The notes under the pieces were generated by a model. The model worked only from the letters and a program-made list of their open reading frames with translations, was not told the DNA's origin and made no database searches. The position numbers and the translations under genes are program-made. Of a DNA stretch of 64,000 nucleotides, positions 42,001 through 50,815 are shown in pieces. Origin of the DNA: Kiritimatiellia bacterium (GTDB lineage: Bacteria > Verrucomicrobiota > Kiritimatiellia > UBA8416 > JABMPJ01); assembly GCA_016783675.1 (NCBI GenBank), contig JADHWE010000005.1, forward strand, positions 2,878-66,877. Reading direction: 5' to 3'. Position 1 is the stretch's first letter. The number at the start of each line of letters is the position of its first letter.

Positions 42001-44627
42001 AATTCCACCACACACAGGCCCGGAACCAGCTTGAATTTCCGGACGATCCGAGCGCTACCAAGGGCGTTCAGGAGAGTATGTCCTTTCCGGCCTATTGCCG
42101 GGTCCGCAAAACGCACGATCAATGAGTTCGTAGCATGCTGCACCCCTGCGAGGGGTTGAGAGAAATCGTGTCCAGCCGGTAGCGCAGTGTCGGACATTGT
42201 GACGGAGAGCGACTGCATGGCCGGCGCACGTATCTCACGTGCCCTCACCGAAACGTTCAGTTCGGCATCTCCACTGTTGCCGATCGAAAGAGGAACACGT
42301 GACAACATGCCTGCAAAATTGGTCACTGCTATGGACGTTGGCGCCACCCACGCCTCCGGGCTCTTGAATACCGTTACGCTGACATCTCTCTCCTGTGGAA
42401 TACCGGTCGTGAGGTCGGATACGGTTACCTTTCCTGTGTTTACACCTTCTGCGAGCCCTTCTGCGCCGGACTCCAAATGCACAGTCAGGTTGGTCTGGCT
42501 TCCGGCTTCGAGCGTTCCGGCCACGGGAGAAATCCCGAACCACTCTTTGGATACGTCGCCCTCCCACACAACGGAAACGGGGCCCCGGTTGGATAGAGCA
42601 TAGACCTGTTCGTCAGGCGCGAACGGTCCCCCCGGGTGCCCGGAGAAAAGGGACGCTGTAGCAGGCGAGATGTCCAGGTAGTCGAACACACGCGCACCTG
42701 TCACATGGACCGCCAACGCGGGTTCGTCGTGGTCATTGCTCAGAAAGACGATGTGCGCCTTATGATCGCCAATGGATGTCGGCTCATAGACCACATCGAT
42801 AGTCACCGCGTCGCCGGGAGCAATAACCAAAGGGGTTGAAGGAACGTTCTCCCAGCGAATGGGCGGCTGCGAGGAGAATATCTCAATGCGCGATGGTTCT
42901 GTGATGGACCCGTTGTAGGGAAGCACAACCCAATCGGGATCGAACTCCTTGGCAAGATCACGGGGTGCCGTATGCCCGTTGTACCAGGCCTGCTCTGCGG
43001 TGGGCGATCCTTCAGCCGTGATGGGGTCACTCACGTCGACATTGTCGAAGAAGTGCGTCGTCTCGTCGCCCGGCATGGAGAACCCACACACACCGATGTG
43101 ACCTGCTGTCAGATCGGAATCCGTTCCATCCCACACAGGAATACCGTTGATAAGGAATCGCAAATCTGTTCCCTCGGCACTGGCGGTCAGGATATTGGTG
43201 TCCGCGTTGATCGCCGCCGATGACGTCCAGGACTGAAGCCATGTGAACGCCCCATCAATCTGCTTCCAGATGCAATAGCTTCCAGATGCGCTAATGCTGA
43301 ACACATATCCGTCACCTGCCCCCTCGTCAAAACCGACGCTCGTTCTCAGCGCGATTCCTGCCGCGGAGTAGATGCTACCCGATCGACGACAGAAGGCGCT
43401 GACCGACAGGTCATCCCATGAGTCGCCGGCGTAGTAGCTCACCATGTAATCCTGTCCTGATACTTCGGCCTTGTATTCCCCGGCAACGACCGACCACGAC
43501 GAAGCCTGGTCCGGGACCCAATCGGCGGCTTCGCCGCTCTCGAAATCATTGAAATACTCACCATGCAACTCGATTTCCGAGATGATGAGGTCGTAGCTGG
43601 TGTCCAGGTTGGCAACAGTGATGTGGCCCGTGCTGCTCATGCCCTCCAGCAACGCTCCGAACGGAACTCTGTGATCGGTGGCGGACGGAATCGAGTCCGT
43701 AATATCGATTTCTCCAGGATTCCTATCAATGTGGACCGAAACGGTACGATGCTGGGCATATTCCGACACGGTATTCAGGAGCACAACATCGCTGGAGTAG
43801 TCACCTTCTGGGAGAAGCTGAACTTCACTGTTCAGCCAGACAACAATGACGGTGGATGCTGCTGCGCCAAGGGTTCCTGAGGATGGATGGACGCTTATCC
43901 AACTCTCTGTTGTCGCAATTTTCCAGTCTATGCTGCTGCTGCCGATGTTGGTCAGTTCGTAGGTTATGTTCTGAGGTGATGGGGTGTTACCTTCGTATCC
44001 CCACGCTTCCAGTCCCCCGGACGGGGTCATCTTGAGATCATCGACCTTATCACCAAGGATTCGGACATCGTCGATGTTCCATCCACAATAGGTAACACTC
44101 GAGTCCGTTGGGCCCATACCCCAGCGCAGATAGACTGTGGACAGATTGCTGGCGACGGTCGAAATGTCGAGAACGATGTTAGACCATGCGTAGTCCCAGA
44201 CAAAACTGTCGTTTGACCAGATGGGCTCCCAATTCTGGTCGTCTGTACTCACCTCGATCGTCGCATGGTCGAAATAGGGGCTTTCGACACCCAGCCAACG
44301 CCAGAAATCCAGCTCTATACTTGCGTAACCTGCGCAATCGAGCGCAGGTGTGGTCAGGTAATGGACCCCCATGCTGTTCGAATAACTGCCGCCAAGGTTA
44401 TACCCGTAGACATAGTCACCCGTATGACCTGTGGACGGATCGCCCCCTTGGCCCAGAGGCGTGCCGAACTGCCATTCGCCCTCCGTGGCCCAGCCGGGGT
44501 CCGAATCAAGGGCAAAAGAGTAGATCGTGTCTTTGGCTTCCGCTTGCAGCAGGCAGCACGCAAGTAGTATTGACGTGCTTTGCAGGAGACGGCGGATGCA
44601 TGAACGTTCCCTTCTTTCTGTGCCCAT
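39051..44627 (-). CDS. Giant secreted multidomain S8 (subtilisin-family) serine peptidase, about 1858 aa
   Basis: Catalytic motifs DTGVDYTHEDL, HGTHCAGTIGA and GTSMATPHVAGA. I9-like propeptide (LIVRFADP...ILYAEPNYEVKAF) at about aa 830-905. Two copies of a MAM/choice-of-anchor-J-like domain (...GWNIDDV). BACON-like Ig domains. LamG/DUF1080-like domain. The track start is 44726. The ATG at 44627 gives MGTERRERSCIRRLLQSTSILLACCLLQAEA (signal peptide). Confidence 0.9.
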   Translation of the reverse strand: MGTERRERSCIRRLLQSTSILLACCLLQAEAKDTIYSFALDSDPGWATEGEWQFGTPLGQGGDPSTGHTGDYVYGYNLGGSYSNSMGVHYLTTPALDCAGYASIELDFWRWLGVESPYFDHATIEVSTDDQNWEPIWSNDSFVWDYAWSNIVLDISTVASNLSTVYLRWGMGPTDSSVTYCGWNIDDVRILGDKVDDLKMTPSGGLEAWGYEGNTPSPQNITYELTNIGSSSIDWKIATTESWISVHPSSGTLGAAASTVIVVWLNSEVQLLPEGDYSSDVVLLNTVSEYAQHRTVSVHIDRNPGEIDITDSIPSATDHRVPFGALLEGMSSTGHITVANLDTSYDLIISEIELHGEYFNDFESGEAADWVPDQASSWSVVAGEYKAEVSGQDYMVSYYAGDSWDDLSVSAFCRRSGSIYSAAGIALRTSVGFDEGAGDGYVFSISASGSYCIWKQIDGAFTWLQSWTSSAAINADTNILTASAEGTDLRFLINGIPVWDGTDSDLTAGHIGVCGFSMPGDETTHFFDNVDVSDPITAEGSPTAEQAWYNGHTAPRDLAKEFDPDWVVLPYNGSITEPSRIEIFSSQPPIRWENVPSTPLVIAPGDAVTIDVVYEPTSIGDHKAHIVFLSNDHDEPALAVHVTGARVFDYLDISPATASLFSGHPGGPFAPDEQVYALSNRGPVSVVWEGDVSKEWFGISPVAGTLEAGSQTNLTVHLESGAEGLAEGVNTGKVTVSDLTTGIPQERDVSVTVFKSPEAWVAPTSIAVTNFAGMLSRVPLSIGNSGDAELNVSVRAREIRAPAMQSLSVTMSDTALPAGHDFSQPLAGVQHATNSLIVRFADPAIGRKGHTLLNALGSARIVRKFKLVPGLCVVELPTSTEVSEALQSLNADAGILYAEPNYEVKAFGTIPDDVDFDELWGMHNTGQTGGTEDADIDAPEAWDMHVGRRDVVVAVIDTGVDYTHEDLVANVWTNEGEIASNGIDDDGNGYVDDVYGYDFHNSDADPMDDHGHGTHCAGTIGAEGDNGIGVVGVNWQVRIMALKFLSSFGSGSTVDAISCIEYATAMGAHVMNNSWGGGGYSQALKDAIDAAGTTGVVFAAAAGNDYGNDNDASPQYPAGYDSENIIAVMSTDHEDSRSYFSNYGETSVDIGAPGSDILSCKPGNDYQTMSGTSMATPHVAGASAMLRAINPMLTPAQIRAVLMETADPTLPGECVSGGRLNLASAVAGMWAPWLTVVPDSAAAIVPGAAVDVEAILDASDLKPGEYQGEIIIATDDVEQPQVVVPVVFDVMAPEIAMAPDTVEFETSWGEMPTTDWGDFAMTNEAGVSVTWEGSRSVSWIDIPVSNGTLTAGEVGLFYVVLNDQITSFSPGVYFTQVSVSNTTSGCVQQRDVRLIISPPDGDPIHNFTFDSNPGWTAEAGWAFGTPLGNGSHAGDPLGGHTDINVYGYNLNGDYENDLTNRYLTTGSLDCSNYRDVVLSFYRWLGVEHSAFDHAQVEVSSNGTHWTSVWSHDGGTISDAAWSNVIYDISGVADNQSSVFLRWSMGPTDSSETHPGWNIDDVVVSGVYMDNFMLSVESEHGTTTPALGENVFAAGATVVCSVVDSPVLEDNSMFLCTGWQGTGCAPATGTSTNTGSFILTNDTSVIWHWETNYWLHTYATGNGGVSVDPGWFENSTSFWMSATASLYSAFGAWEGDTNGCDTVHTQILVRISHPRQIGATFVDETTARGTPFWWLAAHDLTNGGFAVQDELDLDDDGMPAWKEWIAGTDPNDPLSVFHVVHVAHHQAGRVPVTFTTVPGRTYSVRSCTDLSNASWALQSVASREFGPLSSASAMATAESMTLYVPSGGHSTFYCILVEQ

Positions 44628-44921
44628 GGTATCCAGTCTCCGTCTTTCGCCTGTCGCTTCGCGTGGTTCGCCGTTCATGAACGAGGCCCCACCAATCATG
44701 CTGTCAATGCGACGATTCGTTGCCAAGGGGGGCGGTCTGTCGCGTCAGAGCATGGACCGGCACGGAGAGGCCGTCAAGGGATATTGCTTGGTCTGCGCTT
44801 GTTCGGAGATGGTCTTGGGTGTCTTGATGTGGCGTGAGGTATTTGCCCATCATGGCACGACAATATGACCTTGCGAGGGCGCGGCGGGCGATCTAGACTG
44901 GATGGATTGGAGGATACGGAC

Positions 44922-45287
44922 ATGATACTGGTTGTTGATGACGAGACTGATCTGCGCAACGTGTTGAGTCGTTCACTGGTCCATCACGGTTACCGGGTTG
45001 AGACGGCCGGTGATGGGGCCGAGGCGTACGAGTTGCTTCGCTCGCCCGACTGCAAGTGCATTCTCCTCGACATCAACATGCCACGGATCAATGGGGTGGA
45101 ACTCCTGCTGCTGATGCAGGCCGAGGATATCCATATCCCCACGATCGTGATGGCGGGATTCGATGACTATGGCGAAGAAGAGATGAAACAGTTCTCCAAC
45201 GTGGCCACGCTGCTGCACAAGCCGTTTCAACTCGACGACGCGCTCAAAGCCATCAAGAAATACGCCCTTCCGCCTTCAAAGTCCTGA
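44922..45287 (+). CDS. Stand-alone CheY-like response-regulator receiver protein
   Basis: The ATG at 44922 follows GGAGGA. MILVVDDETDLRNVL...ILLDINMPRINGVELL...HKPF receiver motifs. No output domain. Confidence 0.85.
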   Translation: MILVVDDETDLRNVLSRSLVHHGYRVETAGDGAEAYELLRSPDCKCILLDINMPRINGVELLLLMQAEDIHIPTIVMAGFDDYGEEEMKQFSNVATLLHKPFQLDDALKAIKKYALPPSKS

Positions 45288-46146
45288 GCTGCTCCTCCAG
45301 TGACGCGGTCCCGTAGCCCAACGCCCATGCCCTGTGACTATTGAAGAACGTGTCCGCGGGTCGTGGCGCGGTGAAGTTCAGGTCGGCCCGCTGCACAGGC
45401 TGCAGGAGAGCGGGATCAAACCCCCATACGTCGCACAGCAGTTGTCCGAAGTCGTAGCGTGACATGCGTTCCCGGCCGCCGAGATGCAGGACACCGCTCA
45501 TGCGTTGCTCAACCGCGATACGCAATCCCTCCCGTGCCACGTCAGCCGAAACAGGCGCGCGGAATTCGTCAGTAAAAAGCGGCACCCGCTCTCCCTGGGT
45601 CAGTTTACCGATCCATTCGGGAAGGAAGTTGTGAGCCCGGGGCCCCGCAGCCCCGAACATCAGCGGCATGCGGCAGACCGCGGCCCCCGGACAGGCTGCC
45701 AGGACCAGTGCTTCGGCCTCGGCCTTCTGGTGCCCATAGACATTGATCGGACACGGCGCACTGTCCTCGTCATAGGGAGGATTGGATCCGTCAAACACCA
45801 TGTCGGACGAGGTGAACACGAGGCGGATTCCCCGCTCGGCGCAATGGTGTGCGAGCAGGCCGGGCACATCGGTGTTGATCGGACGTGTGCTCCCGGGATC
45901 GGCCTCACAGGCGTTCAGGTCGGTTACCGCGGCCGTGTGGAGCACAATATCGGGCCGGGCCGCATCCAGCAATTCAGCAACAGCGCCGGGAAGGGCCAAG
46001 TCCTTGCGCAAGAGCTCAAGGCCCGGAAGCTCCGGGTCATACCGGTTCGAACAGCCGGTCCATTCCCACTCGGGCCAAGGATCCCGCAACAAGTTCCAGC
46101 CGAGGAATCCGCTCGCACCGGTAACGAGAATGCGACCCTTGCTCAT
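45253..46146 (-). CDS. NAD(P)-dependent SDR, RmlD (dTDP-4-dehydrorhamnose reductase)-like
   Basis: 297 aa. ILVTGASGFLGWNL Rossmann motif and YGHQKAEAE (YxxxK). RmlD-substrate-binding-like pattern. Confidence 0.75.
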   Translation of the reverse strand: MSKGRILVTGASGFLGWNLLRDPWPEWEWTGCSNRYDPELPGLELLRKDLALPGAVAELLDAARPDIVLHTAAVTDLNACEADPGSTRPINTDVPGLLAHHCAERGIRLVFTSSDMVFDGSNPPYDEDSAPCPINVYGHQKAEAEALVLAACPGAAVCRMPLMFGAAGPRAHNFLPEWIGKLTQGERVPLFTDEFRAPVSADVAREGLRIAVEQRMSGVLHLGGRERMSRYDFGQLLCDVWGFDPALLQPVQRADLNFTAPRPADTFFNSHRAWALGYGTASLEEQLRTLKAEGRIS

Positions 46147-46195
46147 AGGAACACCTTACTCTATGATCATGGCTCCATCAACCTAGAGAGAGAGG

Positions 46196-46723
46196 ATGCC
46201 CATGAGCGCCGAACAGATTCGAGACGCCATCCGCGATATTCCTGATTTCCCGAAGCCGGGGATTATCTTCAAGGACATCACGCCGATCTTGAAAGATCCG
46301 GCCCTGTTCAAGGCCACGAACGATATCCTGGCCGAGCAGGTAAAGGTGGCCGGCGCCACCAAGCTGGCCGCGATCGACGCGCGCGGGTTCCTCTTTGCGG
46401 GCGCCCTGGCTGAGCGCCTCGACATCGGGATTGTCCCGATCCGCAAGCAGGGCAAGCTGCCCTATAAGACGTTTGAAGAGACCTACGACCTGGAGTATGG
46501 CAGTGCCACGCTGGCCGTTCACCAGGATGCGTTTGAGGCCGGTGAACGCGTCGTGATTGTCGACGACCTGCTTGCCACTGGCGGCACCGCACAAGCCACG
46601 GCAAAACTGGTCGAACAGTGCGGCGCCACTGTCGCCGCCATCCTCTTCGTCGTCGAACTCGCCTTCCTCAACGGACGCGAGAAGCTCGCCGGCTACACGG
46701 TCTTCGCGCCAGTGGTGTATTAA
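46196..46723 (+). CDS. apt: Adenine phosphoribosyltransferase
   Basis: 175 aa. IPDFPKPGIIFKDITPIL and the PRPP motif VVIVDDLLATGGTA. Confidence 0.95.
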   Translation: MPMSAEQIRDAIRDIPDFPKPGIIFKDITPILKDPALFKATNDILAEQVKVAGATKLAAIDARGFLFAGALAERLDIGIVPIRKQGKLPYKTFEETYDLEYGSATLAVHQDAFEAGERVVIVDDLLATGGTAQATAKLVEQCGATVAAILFVVELAFLNGREKLAGYTVFAPVVY

Positions 46724-46805
46724 GCCGGCGCACTCCAAAGCGCTGCGCGCAAAAACTTCACAAATCTCGCCTGTTGCGCTCCTTGCTTTTCTGAGACAAT
46801 AAGGT

Positions 46806-49800
46806 GTGATTGATCGTCGTACAGCCTGGCTCGGACTTGGGGTGATGGCTGCCATCGTGGCGCTGTTCGTCTTCCATCGCCCGGAGTCCAGCAGCGAACG
46901 TCGCGAAGCGCCGGTTCGAGAGACAGCGCCGGAACGTTCGGCGGTAGCGCCGGTCACTCCGGCGCCCCAAGTTGCTTCACCGAGGGCGCTCCCATCGACG
47001 CAACTTCCGCCCGCGCCGTACGAGGGTGCGCGTGTCCTGGTTGAGCGGGAGCGTGCTCCGGACGCCGGCGGCATCTCTGTTCGCACCCGGCTGTTGGAGA
47101 CCAAGGAGAAGTATCCCTTTGTTCGTGTTGAGGAGACACGTCGTTATGACAGCGCGCGTGATGAGACCTTTACCATCCAGCGCGTCGCTATGGTGGCTGA
47201 TCATATCCTGGTGCGATTGCACCCGGACGCGACGGAAGCGGAGCTGGAAGCGCTGAACCGGCGTTTTGGCGCAACGATCCGACGCCGGCTTGACCGGGAA
47301 GGCGTCTACCTCGTTGCCTTTCGCTCATTCGACCTCGAAACCGTGCCGCAACGCATCAAGGACTACCGCGAGTCACCCATGGTGGCGGATGTCGCAGAGC
47401 CGGATTACCTGGTCGAGATGGCGGATACGATCCCGAACGATCCGCGCTACGGAGAGTTGTGGGGCATGCCGATGATTCGTGCTCCCCTGGCGTGGGATAT
47501 CGAGACGGGCCACGGCTCGGTCGTGGTGGGCGTGATCGATTCGGGCGCGAACTACAACCACGGGGACCTGGCCACGAACATCTGGGTCAACGAGTTGGAG
47601 ATCCCGACGAACGGGATCGATGACGATGCCAACGGCTACATCGACGACTATTACGGGTGGGACTTTGGCAACTTCGATGCCGATCCGTTCGGTCCTTCCG
47701 ACCACGGAACCCACGTGGCCGGCACTATTGCGGCGTCCGGCAACAACAGTACTGGCGTGGTGGGCGTGTCGTGGAACTCGAAGGTAATGATTCTCAAGAT
47801 GTTCGCTGACAGTGGGTCGGGCCTGACGAGCGACGCGATCAGCTGTCTGGAGTATGCCCGCAACATGCGTGAGCGCGGGGTGCCGATTCGCCTCACCAAC
47901 AACAGCTGGGGCGGCGGCGGATACTCGGCGATCTTGAAGGAGGCGATCGAGGACACGGGCGATGCCGGCATGCTCTTTGTGGCCGCAGCCGGCAACTACG
48001 GATTGAACAATGATGTCTACCCGTTCTATCCGGCCACGTACGATTCCAGCAACATTCTCTCCGTGGCCGCTTCGACCAGTTCCGATACGCTGGCCAGCTT
48101 CTCCCATTACGGGGAGGTGGGTGTTGATCTTGTGGCGCCGGGCGCGAGCATTCTCAGTACATTGCCGAGCGGCTACGGGACGAAGAGCGGCACATCAATG
48201 GCCTCGCCGCACGTGGCAGGGGCCTGCGCGCTGCTATGGGAGGCGTATCCGGAGGCGACCTGGGAACAGATTCGCGGCTATATCATGGCCGGCGTACAGA
48301 CGAATGCCTATTTCCTGGAGCGGATGGTTAGCGGCGGCCGGCTGGACATAGCAGGCGCCATGTACGCGATTGACCCGATCATCGAGCATGAGCCGCTGGT
48401 AAACACAACCAACACGGTAGGCAGCTACATGGTCGAGGCCACGATCGAACCGTTTGCGTTCCTGGTCCCCGGTTCAGTTCGGTTGCGTTGGAACACGAGT
48501 GGGCCGATCTTTCCTTACGCGACGACACCCATGCCGCGGATCACGAATAACCTCTACCGTGCCACGATTCCGGCCCAGCCGCTGGGCGCACATGTTTACT
48601 ACTACCTTGAAGCGCAGACAGCCGCCGGCGTGAGCAAAACGCACCCCCTCACAGCCCCGCTGACACCACACGACTTTGAAGTGGTTGATCCGGTCATGCT
48701 CTGGATCGCGGGCAAACCGGGTGCGCTTGGGGCGGCGAATCCGGACTACGGGACCCACCAGCTTCCGCGGGGTATCATGGTGACGTTGGAAGCCGACCGG
48801 CTGGCCGAGGAGACGCCGGAACACCGCTATGAATGTGTCGGTTGGGTCGCCCTGGGCAGCCCGCCCTCGAGTGGTGCGACTAATAGTGTGGCGTTTGTTC
48901 TCGATGATTTCACAGCGTTAACCTGGCGGTGGGAATACCAGTATAGCCTGACCCAATCGTCTTCACCGCCGGGCGTGGTCGACGCGGTGAGTTGGTGGGA
49001 GGCCAACACGGCGTGCCAGACGGTTCTGGCGCCGGACCCGGTCGCGATCACTGCAACCGACTACCGTTTCGTGGAGTGGCATATCGATGGGCTGCGCTGG
49101 CCGGACGGGACAAATACCGCGGCCAATCCGGCCACCGCTATCGGGATGAGCACCGCGCGCCAGGCCGTGGCGGTCTACCTGCCCGAGGATGAGGACAGCG
49201 ATGGCGACGGGTTGCCGGACTGGTGGGAGCGGCATTACTTTGGCAGCCTCACCCCGACGGTTGCGGATGATCCCGATGGGGATGGATTCAGCAACGGCCA
49301 GGAGCTGGCCGACCGAACGGATCCCCGGGACGCCGCTTCGTATCCCGTTCCCCCCAACATCAGCCATGTGCCGCTTGCCGATCCGCAGGGGCGACCCGCG
49401 CCGTGGCCGGTGACGGCCCTGGTAACCGATAACTTCAGTGTAGCCGGCGCCACGTTGCACTGGCGCAAGGTGCCGGGAGGATGGAGTGAGGTCGCCATGA
49501 CGGCCGGAACAGGAAGCCTGTACGAAGCGGCCATCCCGGTGCCCGGAATCCTGAACGAGAGTTTCGAATACTGGCTCGAGGCCATGGATCAAGCCGGCTA
49601 CACAAACCAGACCGCCGTGTATTCGTTCGACGTGGTCTACCCGGTATTCACCTATACGCCCACGAACATCGATCTGCTGATGCAGCCGGACACCCTCTCC
49701 AACGTCGTGGTCACGCTGTCGAACATCGGCAATACGGGTTTGGCCTGGACCGCCGACGCAGGATGGATGGACCGGGTTGAGACGGGCCAGAATGGCGTGA

Positions 49801-50741
49801 CCCACAGTGGCGCGAATGATGTGTGGCACATCTCAACCAATCGCTCTTACTCCGGCGACCATGCCTGGTATTGTGCGCACAAGGACCTGGGGCGCTATCT
49901 CAACCAGATCAACGCGTCACTCCGACTGCCACCGGTGTTCCCCGTGGGTGGGACCTTCCTCACGTTCCAATACTGGGCCAAGATTGAATATGACGATGGG
50001 CTGGACGATGGTCACTATTGGGATGGGGGAATCGTCGAGATTTCCACCAACGGTGGCGCGTCCTTTGTCCAGATAGCACCGGTCGGTGGATATCCGCACC
50101 TTATCACGCCCAACGACCAGTCGCCGTTTCCCCACAATACCCCGTGCTTCGGCGGCGATGGCGATGGGTGGCAGGCGACGGCGTTCGACCTGTCTGCCTA
50201 TGCCGGCCAGATTGTCCATCTGCGCCTGCGATTCGGTTCGGACTGGGCCGTCACGAACGAGGGGTGGTACATCGACGACATAGCCGTGGTGTTCCCGTCG
50301 CCGACAAGCGGATGGCTCGGGATGCAGCCATTCGGTGGCGCTCTGGCCCCTGGTGAGAGCAGCATGATGACGGTCCGGGTCGACAGCGCGGGTATGCCCA
50401 CCGGGAACCTGCCCGGCATGGTGCGAATCGGGACGGATGATCCGGTGCGGTTGGTCAATACCGTTGACGTGGCGCTTTCCGTACAGGCCGCTTCCGACCT
50501 CGTATTCCTCTCCGCTTCCAGCGGCGGCATTTCGGCCACGGGAACGGTCGTGGTGTTTGAGTGGTTGGGTTTCGACGACCGCTTCTACACGCTCTACGAA
50601 CGCACCTCGCTGACCGACATGGTCGAATCGTGGATGCCGGTTGAAGGGGCGTCGAATATTCCCGGGATCAGTGGAACCATGTCACGCACGGTTGACGTCG
50701 AGCATGTCGAGCAACGGTTCTATCGGCTGGCCGTGCAGTGA
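46806..50741 (+). CDS. Secreted multidomain S8 (subtilisin-family) serine peptidase, 1311 aa, paralog of 39051-44627
   Basis: GTG start followed by a TM/signal segment. I9-like propeptide at about aa 110-200. VIDSGANYNHGDL, HGTHVAGTIAA, GTSMASPHVAGA. Asp-rich DEDSDGDGLPDWWE...DPDGDGFSNGQE repeats. Choice-of-anchor-J-like domain ending GWYIDDIAV. C-terminal RFYRLAVQ. Confidence 0.9.
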   Translation: MIDRRTAWLGLGVMAAIVALFVFHRPESSSERREAPVRETAPERSAVAPVTPAPQVASPRALPSTQLPPAPYEGARVLVERERAPDAGGISVRTRLLETKEKYPFVRVEETRRYDSARDETFTIQRVAMVADHILVRLHPDATEAELEALNRRFGATIRRRLDREGVYLVAFRSFDLETVPQRIKDYRESPMVADVAEPDYLVEMADTIPNDPRYGELWGMPMIRAPLAWDIETGHGSVVVGVIDSGANYNHGDLATNIWVNELEIPTNGIDDDANGYIDDYYGWDFGNFDADPFGPSDHGTHVAGTIAASGNNSTGVVGVSWNSKVMILKMFADSGSGLTSDAISCLEYARNMRERGVPIRLTNNSWGGGGYSAILKEAIEDTGDAGMLFVAAAGNYGLNNDVYPFYPATYDSSNILSVAASTSSDTLASFSHYGEVGVDLVAPGASILSTLPSGYGTKSGTSMASPHVAGACALLWEAYPEATWEQIRGYIMAGVQTNAYFLERMVSGGRLDIAGAMYAIDPIIEHEPLVNTTNTVGSYMVEATIEPFAFLVPGSVRLRWNTSGPIFPYATTPMPRITNNLYRATIPAQPLGAHVYYYLEAQTAAGVSKTHPLTAPLTPHDFEVVDPVMLWIAGKPGALGAANPDYGTHQLPRGIMVTLEADRLAEETPEHRYECVGWVALGSPPSSGATNSVAFVLDDFTALTWRWEYQYSLTQSSSPPGVVDAVSWWEANTACQTVLAPDPVAITATDYRFVEWHIDGLRWPDGTNTAANPATAIGMSTARQAVAVYLPEDEDSDGDGLPDWWERHYFGSLTPTVADDPDGDGFSNGQELADRTDPRDAASYPVPPNISHVPLADPQGRPAPWPVTALVTDNFSVAGATLHWRKVPGGWSEVAMTAGTGSLYEAAIPVPGILNESFEYWLEAMDQAGYTNQTAVYSFDVVYPVFTYTPTNIDLLMQPDTLSNVVVTLSNIGNTGLAWTADAGWMDRVETGQNGVTHSGANDVWHISTNRSYSGDHAWYCAHKDLGRYLNQINASLRLPPVFPVGGTFLTFQYWAKIEYDDGLDDGHYWDGGIVEISTNGGASFVQIAPVGGYPHLITPNDQSPFPHNTPCFGGDGDGWQATAFDLSAYAGQIVHLRLRFGSDWAVTNEGWYIDDIAVVFPSPTSGWLGMQPFGGALAPGESSMMTVRVDSAGMPTGNLPGMVRIGTDDPVRLVNTVDVALSVQAASDLVFLSASSGGISATGTVVVFEWLGFDDRFYTLYERTSLTDMVESWMPVEGASNIPGISGTMSRTVDVEHVEQRFYRLAVQ

Positions 50742-50815
50742 CCGGCCGGAAATGGACTTGCAAAACTGTTGCGATAGTCACAGATTGAGCCCAATCAAAA
50801 AAGCAAGGAGACTGT

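Noticed and set aside
46178-47104. 308-aa reverse-strand ORF over apt and the start of the second S8 gene (also 48963-49829, 288 aa, and 58923-59732, 269 aa over hflX)
   Set aside because: These are antisense to genes with strong motif evidence and cross gene boundaries. They are compositionally spurious.
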